A DNA stretch of 64,000 bases from positions 576,001-640,000 of the forward strand of contig CAVVYR010000007.1 of the NCBI GenBank assembly GCA_963752475.1, written 5' to 3'. The position numbers were made by a program, and so were the translations under genes. The notes beneath the pieces were generated by a model. That model had not been told where the DNA came from. It worked only from the letters and a program-made list of their open reading frames with translations, and did no database searches. This DNA is from an uncultured Chloroflexia bacterium. Its GTDB lineage: Bacteria > Chloroflexota > Limnocylindria > Limnocylindrales > CSP1-4. Below are positions 48,089 to 59,625 of the stretch, in pieces (the first letter of the stretch is position 1; the number at the start of each line of letters is the position of its first letter).

Positions 48089-50161
48089 GTGCCGCACGTC
48101 GATATCTCGAAGCTCCGTAGCGTTGTGCTTGCCGGACATGCAGGGTCCGGAAAGACGACCATCGCCGAGCACCTGCTCCACAAGGCCGGCGTCATCAACC
48201 GCATGGGTTCCGTCAACGACGGCACCGCCTCGCTCGACTTCGAGCCGGAGGAGCAGAAGCGGCAGATCTCGCTCTCGCTCGCGGCCAACACCTTCGACCG
48301 CGAGGGCAGCCACGTCACGCTCATCGACACGCCAGGCTATGCCGACTTCGTGGGGGAGGTCATCAGCGGTTTCGCGGCGGCTGATGGCACACTGATCACG
48401 GTGGACGCCTCCGGCGGCGTCGAGGCCGGCACCGAGACCGCCGTGCGCCTCTCGCGATCGACCAACACCCCGGCCATCTTCGTCATCACCCGCTGCGAGC
48501 GGGAGAACGCCGATCCCACGGCCACGCTCGATGCGCTGCGCACGGAGTTCGGCAGCAAGATCGCGCCCATCCAGATCGCCATCGGCAAGGGGGAGACCTT
48601 CTCTGGCTATGTGGACCTGGTCCACGGCAAGGCCTACGAGTACTCGAACGGCAACCGTGAAGAGGTGCCGGTCCCCGAGGACATGGTCGATGAGGTCGCG
48701 ACCCGCCGCGAGCAGTTGCTCGAGGCCGCGGCCGACGCTGACGACGACGTGCTGATGAAGTTCCTCGAGGGCGAGGCAGTCAGCGACGAGGAGCTCGAGC
48801 TGTGCTTGCACAAGGGTGTCAAGGACTCCGTCCTGGCGCCGGTGATGGTCACGTCGGCCAACCAGGACGTGGGCATGAGCGCGATGCTCGACGCCATCAT
48901 CCGCTACCTGCCGACGCCGCTCGAGGAGCCGCCGGTCAAGGCCATCGACAACCGCGGTGACGAGGTCGAGGTCGGCGCCGATCCCGACGGTCCACTGCTG
49001 GCGCAGGTCTTCAAGACCACGGCCGACCCCTTCGTCGGGCGCCTCACCTACTTCCGCGTGTGGTCGGGCAGGGTCAAGTCCAACGACAAGGTGTGGAACG
49101 CTGAGAAGGGCGAGGAAGAGCGCATCCAGCAGGTCTTCTACATCAAGGGTGCCGAGCAGGAGCCGGTGGATGAGGTCCGCGCCGGTGAGATCGGTGCCGT
49201 GGCCAAGCTGGCCCACACCGTCACCGGCGACACGCTCTCCCGCAGGGAGACGCCGCTGACGATGGCGCCCATCGAGTACCCCGAGCCGACCCTGCCGGTG
49301 GCCGTCGAGCCCGCCAGCAAGGCCGATCTCGACAAGCTCTCCACCTCGCTCACCCGCCTGCAGGAGGAGGATCCTACGCTCAAGGTCGAGCGCAGCCCCG
49401 AGACCGGCGAGCAGTTGATGTGGGCCCAGGGTGAGAACCAGATCCAGGTCGCGGGCGAGCGCCTCACGCGCAAGTTCAGCACGACCATCGTGACCAGCCA
49501 GCCGCGCGTGCCCTATCGCGAGACCATCCGTGGCACGGCCAAGGTCGAGGGTCGCCACAAGAAGCAGACCGGCGGTCGCGGCCAGTTCGGCCACGTCTGG
49601 CTGGAGATCAGCCCCAACCCCGGTGGTGGCGTCGAGTTCGAGACCAAGGTCGTCGGCGGCGTCGTACCCAAGCAGTTCTTCCCCGGCGTAGAGAAGGGTG
49701 TGCGCGCGGTGGCCGAGAAGGGCCCGACCGCCGGCTACCCCGTCATCGACTTCAAGGCCAAGCTCTACGACGGCTCCTTCCACACCGTCGACTCCGACGA
49801 GCTGAGCTTCCGACTGGCCGGCTCGGCTGCGACTCGCAAGGGCATCGCCGAGGCCAAGCCCATCCTGCTCGAGCCCATCATGGAGATCGTGGTCCGCGTT
49901 CCCGAGCAGTACATGGGTGAGGTGAACCGCGACCTCAACACCCGTCGTGGCCGCCTCCTGGGCATGGACGCCGAGGGTGGTCAGCAGATCCTCTCGGCCC
50001 ACGTGCCGCAGGCGGAGCTGTCCACCTACGCCACGGAGCTGCGCTCCATCACCGGAGGTCGCGGCACCTTCAAGGCCAAGCTGGCGCAGTACGAGGAGGT
50101 GCCCTCACACGTGGCCCAGAAGGTCATCGACGAGCACACGGCCGAGGAGGAGGAGGCCTAG
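48089..50161 (+). CDS. Elongation factor G paralog (EF-G2 type)
   Basis: GHAGSGKTT, DTPGY, VPYRETI, KKQTGGRGQFG, DGSFHTVDS; located outside the str operon. Confidence 0.9.
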   Translation: MPHVDISKLRSVVLAGHAGSGKTTIAEHLLHKAGVINRMGSVNDGTASLDFEPEEQKRQISLSLAANTFDREGSHVTLIDTPGYADFVGEVISGFAAADGTLITVDASGGVEAGTETAVRLSRSTNTPAIFVITRCERENADPTATLDALRTEFGSKIAPIQIAIGKGETFSGYVDLVHGKAYEYSNGNREEVPVPEDMVDEVATRREQLLEAAADADDDVLMKFLEGEAVSDEELELCLHKGVKDSVLAPVMVTSANQDVGMSAMLDAIIRYLPTPLEEPPVKAIDNRGDEVEVGADPDGPLLAQVFKTTADPFVGRLTYFRVWSGRVKSNDKVWNAEKGEEERIQQVFYIKGAEQEPVDEVRAGEIGAVAKLAHTVTGDTLSRRETPLTMAPIEYPEPTLPVAVEPASKADLDKLSTSLTRLQEEDPTLKVERSPETGEQLMWAQGENQIQVAGERLTRKFSTTIVTSQPRVPYRETIRGTAKVEGRHKKQTGGRGQFGHVWLEISPNPGGGVEFETKVVGGVVPKQFFPGVEKGVRAVAEKGPTAGYPVIDFKAKLYDGSFHTVDSDELSFRLAGSAATRKGIAEAKPILLEPIMEIVVRVPEQYMGEVNRDLNTRRGRLLGMDAEGGQQILSAHVPQAELSTYATELRSITGGRGTFKAKLAQYEEVPSHVAQKVIDEHTAEEEEA

Positions 50162-50191
50162 CGCCTACCCTCACCCACACCGCGCCTCATC

Positions 50192-50228
50192 CGCCGGTCG
50201 ACCCCCGAGGTCGGCCGGCGTTCTTCTT
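50192..50228 (+). terminator. Intrinsic terminator after the EF-G paralog
   Basis: CGCCGGTCGACC-cccga-GGTCGGCCGGCG followed by TTCTTCTT. Confidence 0.8.
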
Positions 50229-50303
50229 CGTCCCCGCCCCCAGCGAGTAGCCTTCGCCAGGTTGTGGGGCTCGATCGGCATTCGTCGCCCCGGCCCTCCG
50301 GGG

Positions 50304-51683
50304 TCACGGGTCGTCACCCCACGGTGCCGCTCCGTCGTCAGTGTCAGATGTGCAGATGGCTTCGACCGAGCCACTCCAATCGAAGGTCCCAAGAAGCGTA
50401 CGTGTGGTGCGGATGTCCGTCTCATATTCGTCGACGGCAGGGACGTGCTCGGAGGCCAGGACCGTCTCGTGGCAGGCGCTTGCCTCCCCGGCGCGGTAGT
50501 ACGCCAGCTTGGCTGTGACCGCGACCTGACTCGGTTCGGTGGCCCAGTACACTCCGCCCTCGCCATCACGCAGCGCGCAGAGCCCCGACGACATCGCGGT
50601 CACCGCGAACGAGCCGTCGTGCTGGACCCAGACGACGTTGGCGCCGTTGATGGATTTGTCGTCCGTGAGCACGATGGGGGGACGTGCTCCGCAGATGATG
50701 GCCTCCTGGCTGCAACCCCCGGTATAGGCGGCCCATGCACCACGGAACGGGTCCGAGAGCGCGGCGGGCGCTTCACCCTCGACCTCCGGAGACGCGGAGC
50801 CGTCGGTGACCACGTACTGGAATATCGCGCTGTCGTGGTGGGACGGCCATTCGACCGTGACCAGCAGGGCATCCTCGGCGTAGGGCGGCAAGGGCGCGAT
50901 GCTCCCGCCGTCGTCGCAGGTCACCGAGATCGCGGTCGGCTCTGCCGCACCGCCGCTCGCAGCGGCCTCCGACCCTGCGGCCCCGCCGTCACCTGTCTGT
51001 GGCTCATCGCAGATCTCGGCCAGTGCGTCGTCGAGGCTCGTGGCATCGGCCCCGACGACCTTCCGTGCGATGGCTCGAACGGCTAGGTCCTTGCCTTCCT
51101 CCTTCAGCGCCTTGGCGAAGGCCTTGCGGCCGACCGACCTGATGGCCGCCCCGCTGAGGGTGCCCTGGGTGACGTAGATGAGAGCCAGCTCCGGGATGGC
51201 CTGCTTGACGGCTCGTTTCACGGCTTTGGCGAGCGGCTTCATCACGGATCGATCCAGGAAGCGACCGAGCTTGGTCATCGCCTTCTGATGGTTGCCTCTG
51301 ACATGTCGCAGCCCCTTGACGTAGGCCGCTAGCTGGGCGTCGACATGGCCATACATCTTCTCCACGGCCCGACGTTCACAGGCCTCGTCCCGTCCGATCT
51401 GGCGGAGTGCCTGTCGCTTCTCCTTGGCCAGGCGTTCACGTTCGAGCTTGGCCTCCGTGAGCTGGCCCTCGATGACCTCGCGCATGGTGCTGTCCATCGC
51501 CTTCCAGGCGGCGCCGGACGGCTGGTCGGCAGCGGCGATGATGGCCCGCGTGGAGATCCGGAAGGCGACCGCGTCATCGAGTGTGTGCCGTTCGCCGCGC
51601 TCGGCTGCCACGGTCACGCCCGGGAACGAGCCTGCCAGGAGCACGATCACGAGGATCATGGCGATCGGGTGACCTCGGTTCAC
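50304..51683 (-). CDS. Secreted hypothetical protein
   Basis: Signal peptide, basic helical N-terminal half, Cys-containing acidic C-terminal half; GTGA overlap with the upstream gene. Confidence 0.65.
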   Translation of the reverse strand: MNRGHPIAMILVIVLLAGSFPGVTVAAERGERHTLDDAVAFRISTRAIIAAADQPSGAAWKAMDSTMREVIEGQLTEAKLERERLAKEKRQALRQIGRDEACERRAVEKMYGHVDAQLAAYVKGLRHVRGNHQKAMTKLGRFLDRSVMKPLAKAVKRAVKQAIPELALIYVTQGTLSGAAIRSVGRKAFAKALKEEGKDLAVRAIARKVVGADATSLDDALAEICDEPQTGDGGAAGSEAAASGGAAEPTAISVTCDDGGSIAPLPPYAEDALLVTVEWPSHHDSAIFQYVVTDGSASPEVEGEAPAALSDPFRGAWAAYTGGCSQEAIICGARPPIVLTDDKSINGANVVWVQHDGSFAVTAMSSGLCALRDGEGGVYWATEPSQVAVTAKLAYYRAGEASACHETVLASEHVPAVDEYETDIRTTRTLLGTFDWSGSVEAICTSDTDDGAAPWGDDP

Positions 51684-52291
51684 GGCTGTGACCCCGCGGA
51701 CTCCTCGGCCTCGAGTGCCAAGGCTTCTACGTAGACCAACTCGTCATCCTTCATGCCCCAGATCAAGCGGTCGCCGAAGTACAGGTCACCGCCCTTGACG
51801 AGGTCCTTGACGGGTCCGCCGATGAAGTCGGACAACCCCGTCGCCGTCACCAGCTCGTCGAGGCTCATGAACGCCTCGAACACATCGGGGTCGTAGGGCA
51901 CCGGATCGGCGATCTGGCCTGGCGGGACCTCGACCGGCTCGCGGGAGATGAGTCCTTCGCCGGTGAAGGAGAACTCGAGCCCTTGGTCGTAGTACGTCCA
52001 CTGCTCGACCCTGACGGTGCGTGAGGCACCGTCGCCCGGGGCTTCCTCGTAGAACAGGATGGCGAAGGCGTCGGGCGGTCCGTGCTCCGAACGGATATCG
52101 GATCGGGCTCCCGAGCCGGCCTCCCGGTGGGTCGCGTCAGCCCCATGCTCTTCGGTCACCGGTTCGTCCTGGCCCATGACGGGTGCACTCGTCGACAGGG
52201 CTGCGACGAGGGTCAGGGTCACGAGAGCGACCATCGGACGCACCACCTCGCGGACGGTCGGCGCCATCAGGCTGTCCCCCACAGCGGTCAC
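51680..52291 (-). CDS. Secreted hypothetical protein
   Basis: Hydrophobic signal-like segment followed by an acidic globular domain. Confidence 0.6.
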   Translation of the reverse strand: MTAVGDSLMAPTVREVVRPMVALVTLTLVAALSTSAPVMGQDEPVTEEHGADATHREAGSGARSDIRSEHGPPDAFAILFYEEAPGDGASRTVRVEQWTYYDQGLEFSFTGEGLISREPVEVPPGQIADPVPYDPDVFEAFMSLDELVTATGLSDFIGGPVKDLVKGGDLYFGDRLIWGMKDDELVYVEALALEAEESAGSQP

Positions 52292-52336
52292 GTTGCCGCC
52301 ACAAGCGTACTCCTCGCGAGACGCTCCGCGTACCCC

Positions 52337-54016
<1,680 letters not shown>

Positions 54017-54164
54017 GCGGCTAGGGTAGCGACCCTCAGCCATCGGCCGCGTGAAGGAGCTGATCGACTGGACCGACATGCGAAGATGGCGCCTCTGTCG
54101 TGGCGTGGTGACGAAGCGGTCGTGGCCCGGCGACGAGTCGTTGGGGGACAGGAGGTAACGCACC

Positions 54165-55118
54165 ATGGGCCGAGCAGCGCGCCGTGTCGTCGATGTCACT
54201 ACCAACGTCATGCTCGTGCTGACCCTCGGGCTCGTCGCGGGCCTGACACCGGCGACGGCACAGGACGACGCCGATACGCTCGCGCTGGACGACCCGGCAG
54301 CCGTCGAGGCCATCCTCGAGGCCCTGGTCGACGAGATCGAACGGACGGACGCGATGCTCGAAGGATTGGAGCAGGCACGCCAACAGGGCTATCCGGCGTT
54401 CGTGCTTTCCTCCGGGCGAGTGATCGAGCTCCGGCCCGTCGAGGCCACCCTCATCGTGGCCATGTCCAGGAGCGGCGGCGAACTGCCCGCAGATCCGGCT
54501 TTGCAGTTCCGCCTCGCGGAGGCGTTCGCGTCGGCCCGGGACCGGGGCCGTGACCTCGACACAGGCCCGTGGGTCGATGACGTCACCAGGGAAGAGCTCG
54601 ATGCGTACTGGCAGCGTCTGGGGGAGATCTACGGCACGACCGAGGATCGACTGCGCGACCAGCGCGAGCGGCTCGTGGGCATGCTCGACGAACTTGGCAC
54701 CCTCGCCGAGGACGTGGAGGCGAGCGCCACGTCGGACGATGGCGATGGCTTCGGCGGTGCCCGGGAGCTAGCGAGCGCCGAAGGCCCCTACCGCGACAGC
54801 TGCGTGTTCCGGACCGGCTACTTCCTGGATCGGTCGCGGTTCCCGGAAACCCAGGTCGTCGCCTGGAGGCTCGACGACTTCGACCCGTCGCGTGCACGCT
54901 TCGAGTTCGCTGCCGCCACCCCTGACGAGGAGGCCGACGACCCGAGCCACCGCATCGAGAGGATGCGCCAGGACGTCGCCGCGATCGAGGAGGCCGCGGT
55001 CGTGTTCGACGGCGGCTTCGCCGGGTTCTGTGCGTGGGCAGCGTCGACCTGCCCGGACGCCAGCCCCAAGTTCGGCGGTGACCCGGTGTGTGAGGACGGC
55101 CGACCCGTGACCGACTGA
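54165..55118 (+). CDS. Secreted hypothetical protein
   Basis: GGAGG SD, signal peptide ending ATA-Q, acidic mature region with C-terminal cysteines. Confidence 0.65.
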   Translation: MGRAARRVVDVTTNVMLVLTLGLVAGLTPATAQDDADTLALDDPAAVEAILEALVDEIERTDAMLEGLEQARQQGYPAFVLSSGRVIELRPVEATLIVAMSRSGGELPADPALQFRLAEAFASARDRGRDLDTGPWVDDVTREELDAYWQRLGEIYGTTEDRLRDQRERLVGMLDELGTLAEDVEASATSDDGDGFGGARELASAEGPYRDSCVFRTGYFLDRSRFPETQVVAWRLDDFDPSRARFEFAAATPDEEADDPSHRIERMRQDVAAIEEAAVVFDGGFAGFCAWAASTCPDASPKFGGDPVCEDGRPVTD

Positions 55119-55146
55119 CGGCTCGGCCGCGTGTGAGATCCCCGTG

Positions 55147-55881
55147 TCATTCGACCGTGCCGGCAGCCACCGCCAGGCCCTCGGCCAGGCTGAAGGCGCC
55201 CTCGTAGAGAGCACGGCCGGTGATGGCGGCCTCGAACCCGCGAGCCGCGAGCTCGCGCACGTCGGACAGTGACGCGACGCCGGCGGAGGCGATGATGGCC
55301 GCTCCCGGCACGGCCTCCCGGACCGACTCGAGCAGCTCGTAATCCGGGCCGCTCATCTGCCCGTCGCGGGCGATGGCGGTGACGGCGAACCAGCGGACCC
55401 CCTTCTCGGCCAGCGTCTGCGCGAGACCGATGGCCTCGGCCCCGCGGGCGCCCTCGACCCAGCCGTCGCCCAGGGCCTGTCCATCACGCACGTCGAGCGC
55501 CGACACGATGCGATCGGGTCCGTACCGCTCTACCAGGATCTTGGCCAGCAGCGGGCTCGAGATCAGCGCCGAGCCCAGTACCAGCCGGTCGGCCCCTGCG
55601 GCGAGCCCCGCAGCCACGGCGTCAGCGTCGCGGATGCCGCCGGCGACCTGGCAGGGCACATCGACGCCGGCCACGACCCGCGAGATGACCTCCGCCTGCA
55701 TGGCCCTCCCCTCGCGCGCGGCATCGAGGTCGACGATGTGGATGCGCGAAGCGCCGGCAGCCTCGAACTCGCGGGCCACGGCCACGGGATCGTCGCCGTA
55801 CTCGGTGACCGCGTCATAGGCGCCCTTCGACAGGCGCACCACGCGCCCACCCAACAGGTCGATGGCCGGGATCAACTCCAC
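55147..55881 (-). CDS. hisA: ProFAR isomerase HisA
   Basis: IPAIDLLGGRVVRL, HIVDLD, GGIRD, TAIARDG, GRALY. Confidence 0.92.
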   Translation of the reverse strand: MELIPAIDLLGGRVVRLSKGAYDAVTEYGDDPVAVAREFEAAGASRIHIVDLDAAREGRAMQAEVISRVVAGVDVPCQVAGGIRDADAVAAGLAAGADRLVLGSALISSPLLAKILVERYGPDRIVSALDVRDGQALGDGWVEGARGAEAIGLAQTLAEKGVRWFAVTAIARDGQMSGPDYELLESVREAVPGAAIIASAGVASLSDVRELAARGFEAAITGRALYEGAFSLAEGLAVAAGTVE

Positions 55882-55900
55882 GCTCGGACCCCCCTCTCAT

Positions 55901-55938
55901 CGTTGTAGCGTTGTAGCATGCTACTATGCTAGCATAGC
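55901..55938. promoter_or_regulatory. Tandem palindromic operator between hisA and the his operon
   Basis: GTAGCATGCTAC (55913-55924) and CTATGCTAGCATAG (55924-55937) palindromes; CGTTGTAG x2; 8-bp periodicity. Confidence 0.65.
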
Positions 55939-55966
55939 GATACGGACCCACGCCCAGCAGGAGACC

Positions 55967-56278
55967 ATGAGCATCGACCCCACCGAGTGGCGCTCAGAAG
56001 ACACGAGCGACCTCCTCGACACCATCCTGGAGCTGCCCGACCGCGCCGCGGCCGAGCGTTTCTTCCGCGACCTCTGCACCCTTCGTGAGCTGCACGACCT
56101 GGCACAGCGCTGGCACGTCGTGCGCCTGCTCGACGCTGGACACCCCTACGCCGAGATCAGCCGCACCACCGGCGCCAGCACGGCCACGGTCACCCGCATC
56201 GCACAGTGGCTCAACCACGGCACCGGCGGCTACCGCGACGCACTCGACCGACTGAACACCGAGGAAACGAACAAGTGA
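55967..56278 (+). CDS. TrpR-like YerC/YecD (HisR-type) regulator
   Basis: FFRDLCTLREL, QRWHV, TGASTATVTRI, GTGGY; AGGAG SD; first gene of the his operon. Confidence 0.85.
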   Translation: MSIDPTEWRSEDTSDLLDTILELPDRAAAERFFRDLCTLRELHDLAQRWHVVRLLDAGHPYAEISRTTGASTATVTRIAQWLNHGTGGYRDALDRLNTEETNK

Positions 56279-57177
56279 TCGCCGACGAAGGACGTGTGAC
56301 CGCCTTTCCGGGCTCCGAGTCAGGCCGGCTTCGGCTGGCCATCCCCAACAAGGGCCGCATGCAGGGCCCCTCACTGCAGCTGCTCCACGATGCCGGGCTG
56401 CAGTTCGAGGACGGCACACGTGCCCTCACCGCCTCGGTCGAGGGCTTCCCGCTCGACATCCTCTTCGTGCGCACCGACGACATCGTCGAGTTCGTGGCCG
56501 ATGGCGTGGCCGATCTGGGCATCACCGGCACCAACCTGCTCTTCGAGGCCGGGGCCGACCTCGACACGCTGGCTGAGCTGGGCTACGGCTACTGCCGCCT
56601 GGAGGCCGCCGTACCCAACGAATCACAGGCGCAGGCACTCGAGGACCTCGCTGGGATGCGCCTGGCCACCAGCCATCCCAACGCCACCGAGAAGGTCTTG
56701 GCCGCGCGTGGTATCGAGACGACGCTGGTGAACGTGTCCGGTGCCGTCGAGGTGGCGCCCACGATGGGCCTCGCCGACGGTGTCGTCGATCTCGTCTCGA
56801 GCGGTTCCACGCTCAAGATGAATGGCCTTCGCTCGGTCGGCCCGCTGCTGGCCAGCCAGGCCATCCTCGTCGCGCGAAAGGACCTCACGCCGGCGGCGGC
56901 GGCGATCGTCTCGGAGGTGCGCACGATGATCGAGGCGGTCATCGCGGGCCGGGGCGTGAAGTACCTGATGATGAACGCCCCCGACGAGTCCCTCGAGGCC
57001 ATCGAGGCCATCCTGCCCGGGCTCGAGTCGCCGAGCGTGTTGCCGCTCGCGCACGAGGGCATGCACGCCGTGCACGCCGTGGTGGGCGCTACCGACGTCC
57101 ACCGCATCCTCGTCCCGCTCCGTGATGCCGGTGCCACCGGCATCCTCGTCATCCCCGTGGAGAAGCTCCTGCCATGA
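56275..57177 (+). CDS. hisG: ATP phosphoribosyltransferase (long form)
   Basis: LAIPNKGR, VRTDDI, GAVEVAP, DLVSSGSTL, C-terminal regulatory domain (LPGLESPSV). Confidence 0.94.
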   Translation: MIADEGRVTAFPGSESGRLRLAIPNKGRMQGPSLQLLHDAGLQFEDGTRALTASVEGFPLDILFVRTDDIVEFVADGVADLGITGTNLLFEAGADLDTLAELGYGYCRLEAAVPNESQAQALEDLAGMRLATSHPNATEKVLAARGIETTLVNVSGAVEVAPTMGLADGVVDLVSSGSTLKMNGLRSVGPLLASQAILVARKDLTPAAAAIVSEVRTMIEAVIAGRGVKYLMMNAPDESLEAIEAILPGLESPSVLPLAHEGMHAVHAVVGATDVHRILVPLRDAGATGILVIPVEKLLP

Positions 57178-58505
57178 CCGACACCGCCGCACCGACGCTG
57201 CGCCGCCTCGATCTCGCGACCGCGGGCGACGCCGAGCGCCGCGCCCTGACCGACCGGGCTTCGACGGCCACGCCAGACATCCGCGCCAAGGCCCGCGCCA
57301 TCGTCGACGCCGTGCGCGAGGGTGGCGATGCCGCCCTGCGGGACGCCAACGCCAGGTTCGGTGGTGGACTCGTGGAGCCGGCTGATGCACCGGCCCTGCG
57401 TGTCCCGCTAGAGGACCTGCGCGCCGCCCGGGATCGCCTGCCGACCGAACTGCGTGAGGGCCTCGAGCAGATGGCCCGCAACATCGAGTCCTTCCACGCG
57501 GCCGAGGTGCCGCCGTCCGAGCAGTGGGTGGAGACGGAGCCCGGCGTGAACGTCGGGCGCGTGTGGCGCGGCCTCGATCGCGTCGCCGCCTATGTCCCCG
57601 GTGGAACCGCCGCCTACCCGTCATCGCTGCTGATGAGCGCCATCCCGGCCCGCCTCGCGGGCGTGGGCACGTTCGTCGTGGCCAGCCCCGCCGGCGAGGG
57701 TGGCGCCCTCTCCCCCGCCCTGCTCGGCGCTGCCGGCCTGATGGAGGTCGAGGAGTTCTGGGTCATGGGCGGCGCGCAGGCCGTCGGCGCCCTCGCCTAC
57801 GGTACCGAGTCCATCGGCCGCGTCGACAAGATCGTCGGGCCCGGCAACGCCTGGGTCACTGCGGCCAAGCTGGAAGTGCTGGATTCGGTGGCCATCGATA
57901 TGCCCGCCGGTCCGACCGAGGTCATGGTCGTAGCCGACGACACCGCCGATCCGGTGCACGTCGCCGCCGACATGCTGAGCCAGGCCGAGCACGGTGCCGA
58001 CTCGCCTTCTCTGCTGGTCACGCCGTTCGCGGCCCTGGCCGATGCGGTCGAGGCCGAGATCGCGGCCCAGCTGCCGACGCTGCTACGGCGCGAGATCCTG
58101 GCGCAGGCCGTTGATGCAGCCGCGACCGTGGTCATCACCGCCGACATCGATGAGGCACTCGCCTTCGCCGACGAATACGCGCCTGAGCACCTCTCGTGCG
58201 TGGTGGCCGATGAAGACGCGGCGCTGGCGAAGCTCAGCCACGCCGGTTCGCTCTTCCTCGGCGCCTACGCGCCCGAGTCCGCCGGTGACTACGCCGCCGG
58301 TTCCAACCACGTGCTCCCGACCGCCGGTGCCGGCCGGGCCTACAGCCCGCTGGGCGTCGAGTCCTTCGGCCGCTGGATGCAGGTCAACCGCGTCACCCGC
58401 GATGGGCTCGCCCGCATCCTGCCGGCCGTGGCCGCGGTCGCCGAGGCGGAGGGACTCACCGCCCACCGTCGCGCGGTCGAGATCCGTTTCGAGGACCGGG
58501 GCTGA
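57174..58505 (+). CDS. hisD: Histidinol dehydrogenase
   Basis: YVPGG, GGAQAV, KIVGPGN, DMPAGPTE, SQAEH, APEHL. Confidence 0.96.
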   Translation: MTDTAAPTLRRLDLATAGDAERRALTDRASTATPDIRAKARAIVDAVREGGDAALRDANARFGGGLVEPADAPALRVPLEDLRAARDRLPTELREGLEQMARNIESFHAAEVPPSEQWVETEPGVNVGRVWRGLDRVAAYVPGGTAAYPSSLLMSAIPARLAGVGTFVVASPAGEGGALSPALLGAAGLMEVEEFWVMGGAQAVGALAYGTESIGRVDKIVGPGNAWVTAAKLEVLDSVAIDMPAGPTEVMVVADDTADPVHVAADMLSQAEHGADSPSLLVTPFAALADAVEAEIAAQLPTLLRREILAQAVDAAATVVITADIDEALAFADEYAPEHLSCVVADEDAALAKLSHAGSLFLGAYAPESAGDYAAGSNHVLPTAGAGRAYSPLGVESFGRWMQVNRVTRDGLARILPAVAAVAEAEGLTAHRRAVEIRFEDRG

Positions 58506-58506
58506 C

Positions 58507-59625
58507 ATGTCGCTCGAGACGACGGAGGCGCTGGTCGCCTCGTCCAACGTCTACACCTGGGAACCGCCCAACCGCGTCATCGCAGCGCGCTACGGGCTCG
58601 ACCCTGCGGACATCCTGCGCTTCGACACCAACACCAGCCCGGCGGTGCTCTCGTACCTGCCCGATGCGCTGGAGGGGCCGTGGGACCCGCCCCTGCACGA
58701 GTACCCCGACTCCACCTATGCGGAGCTGGCGGAGGCCGCCGCGGCCTACGTCGGGGCCGAGCCGCTCGAGATCCTCGTGGGTTGTGGCGCCGACGAGGTC
58801 CTCGACATCATCGCCAAGACGCACCTCGCGCCCGGGCAGCGCTCGGTGGTCCCGACACCGACGTACTCGATGTACGCGGTGCTGAGCGGCCAGCGCGATG
58901 CCGAGGTGATCTCGGTGGCGCGTGGGCCTGACTACCGCCTGGACGTCAAGGCCATGATCGCGGCGCTCCCGGGCGCGGGGGTGGTCTGGCTCTGCGTCCC
59001 CAACAACCCCACGGGGACCCCGGAGTCCCGCGACGACCTCGCGGCCATCCTCGAGGCCGGCGCGGCACTGCCCGATGGCGGGCCCGCCATCGTCGTCGAT
59101 GAGGCCTACATCGAGTTCCACGGGACGTCGCTGGTCGACCTGCGCCAGGACTACCCTGCGCTCATCGTCGTGCGCACGCTGAGCAAGGCCTTCGCCCTGA
59201 CCGGCCTGCGCATCGGCTACTGCGTGGCCTCGCGGGCGACGATCGAGCGGCTCGAACGGGTCCGCCCGCCCGGATCGCTCAACACGCTCTCGGCCAAGGC
59301 CGCCGCGCGTGCCCTGCGCCAGCCAGAGCTGGCCGCCGCCAATGCCGCTGCCCTGGGTGACGAGCGCGAGTGGCTCGGCACCCAGCTCACCAAGGCGGGC
59401 TTGCCGCCGGTCCCGAGCGTGACCAACTTCCTGCTCTGCCGCATCGGCAGCCCATCGGAGGCGGACCAGCTCAACGAAGCCCTACTGCGCGGTGGCATCG
59501 TCGTGCGCACCTTCGGGCCCGACAGCCCGCTCGCGGGCCACCTGCGCTTCACGGTGCGGAACCGTGAGCAGAACCAACGATTCCTGCAAGTCATCGAGGC
59601 CTGGTCGGCCGGGAGGTCAGCATGA
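58507..59625 (+). CDS. hisC: Histidinol-phosphate aminotransferase
   Basis: PNNPTG, VDEAYIEF, RTLSKAFALTGLRIGY. Confidence 0.92.
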   Translation: MSLETTEALVASSNVYTWEPPNRVIAARYGLDPADILRFDTNTSPAVLSYLPDALEGPWDPPLHEYPDSTYAELAEAAAAYVGAEPLEILVGCGADEVLDIIAKTHLAPGQRSVVPTPTYSMYAVLSGQRDAEVISVARGPDYRLDVKAMIAALPGAGVVWLCVPNNPTGTPESRDDLAAILEAGAALPDGGPAIVVDEAYIEFHGTSLVDLRQDYPALIVVRTLSKAFALTGLRIGYCVASRATIERLERVRPPGSLNTLSAKAAARALRQPELAAANAAALGDEREWLGTQLTKAGLPPVPSVTNFLLCRIGSPSEADQLNEALLRGGIVVRTFGPDSPLAGHLRFTVRNREQNQRFLQVIEAWSAGRSA

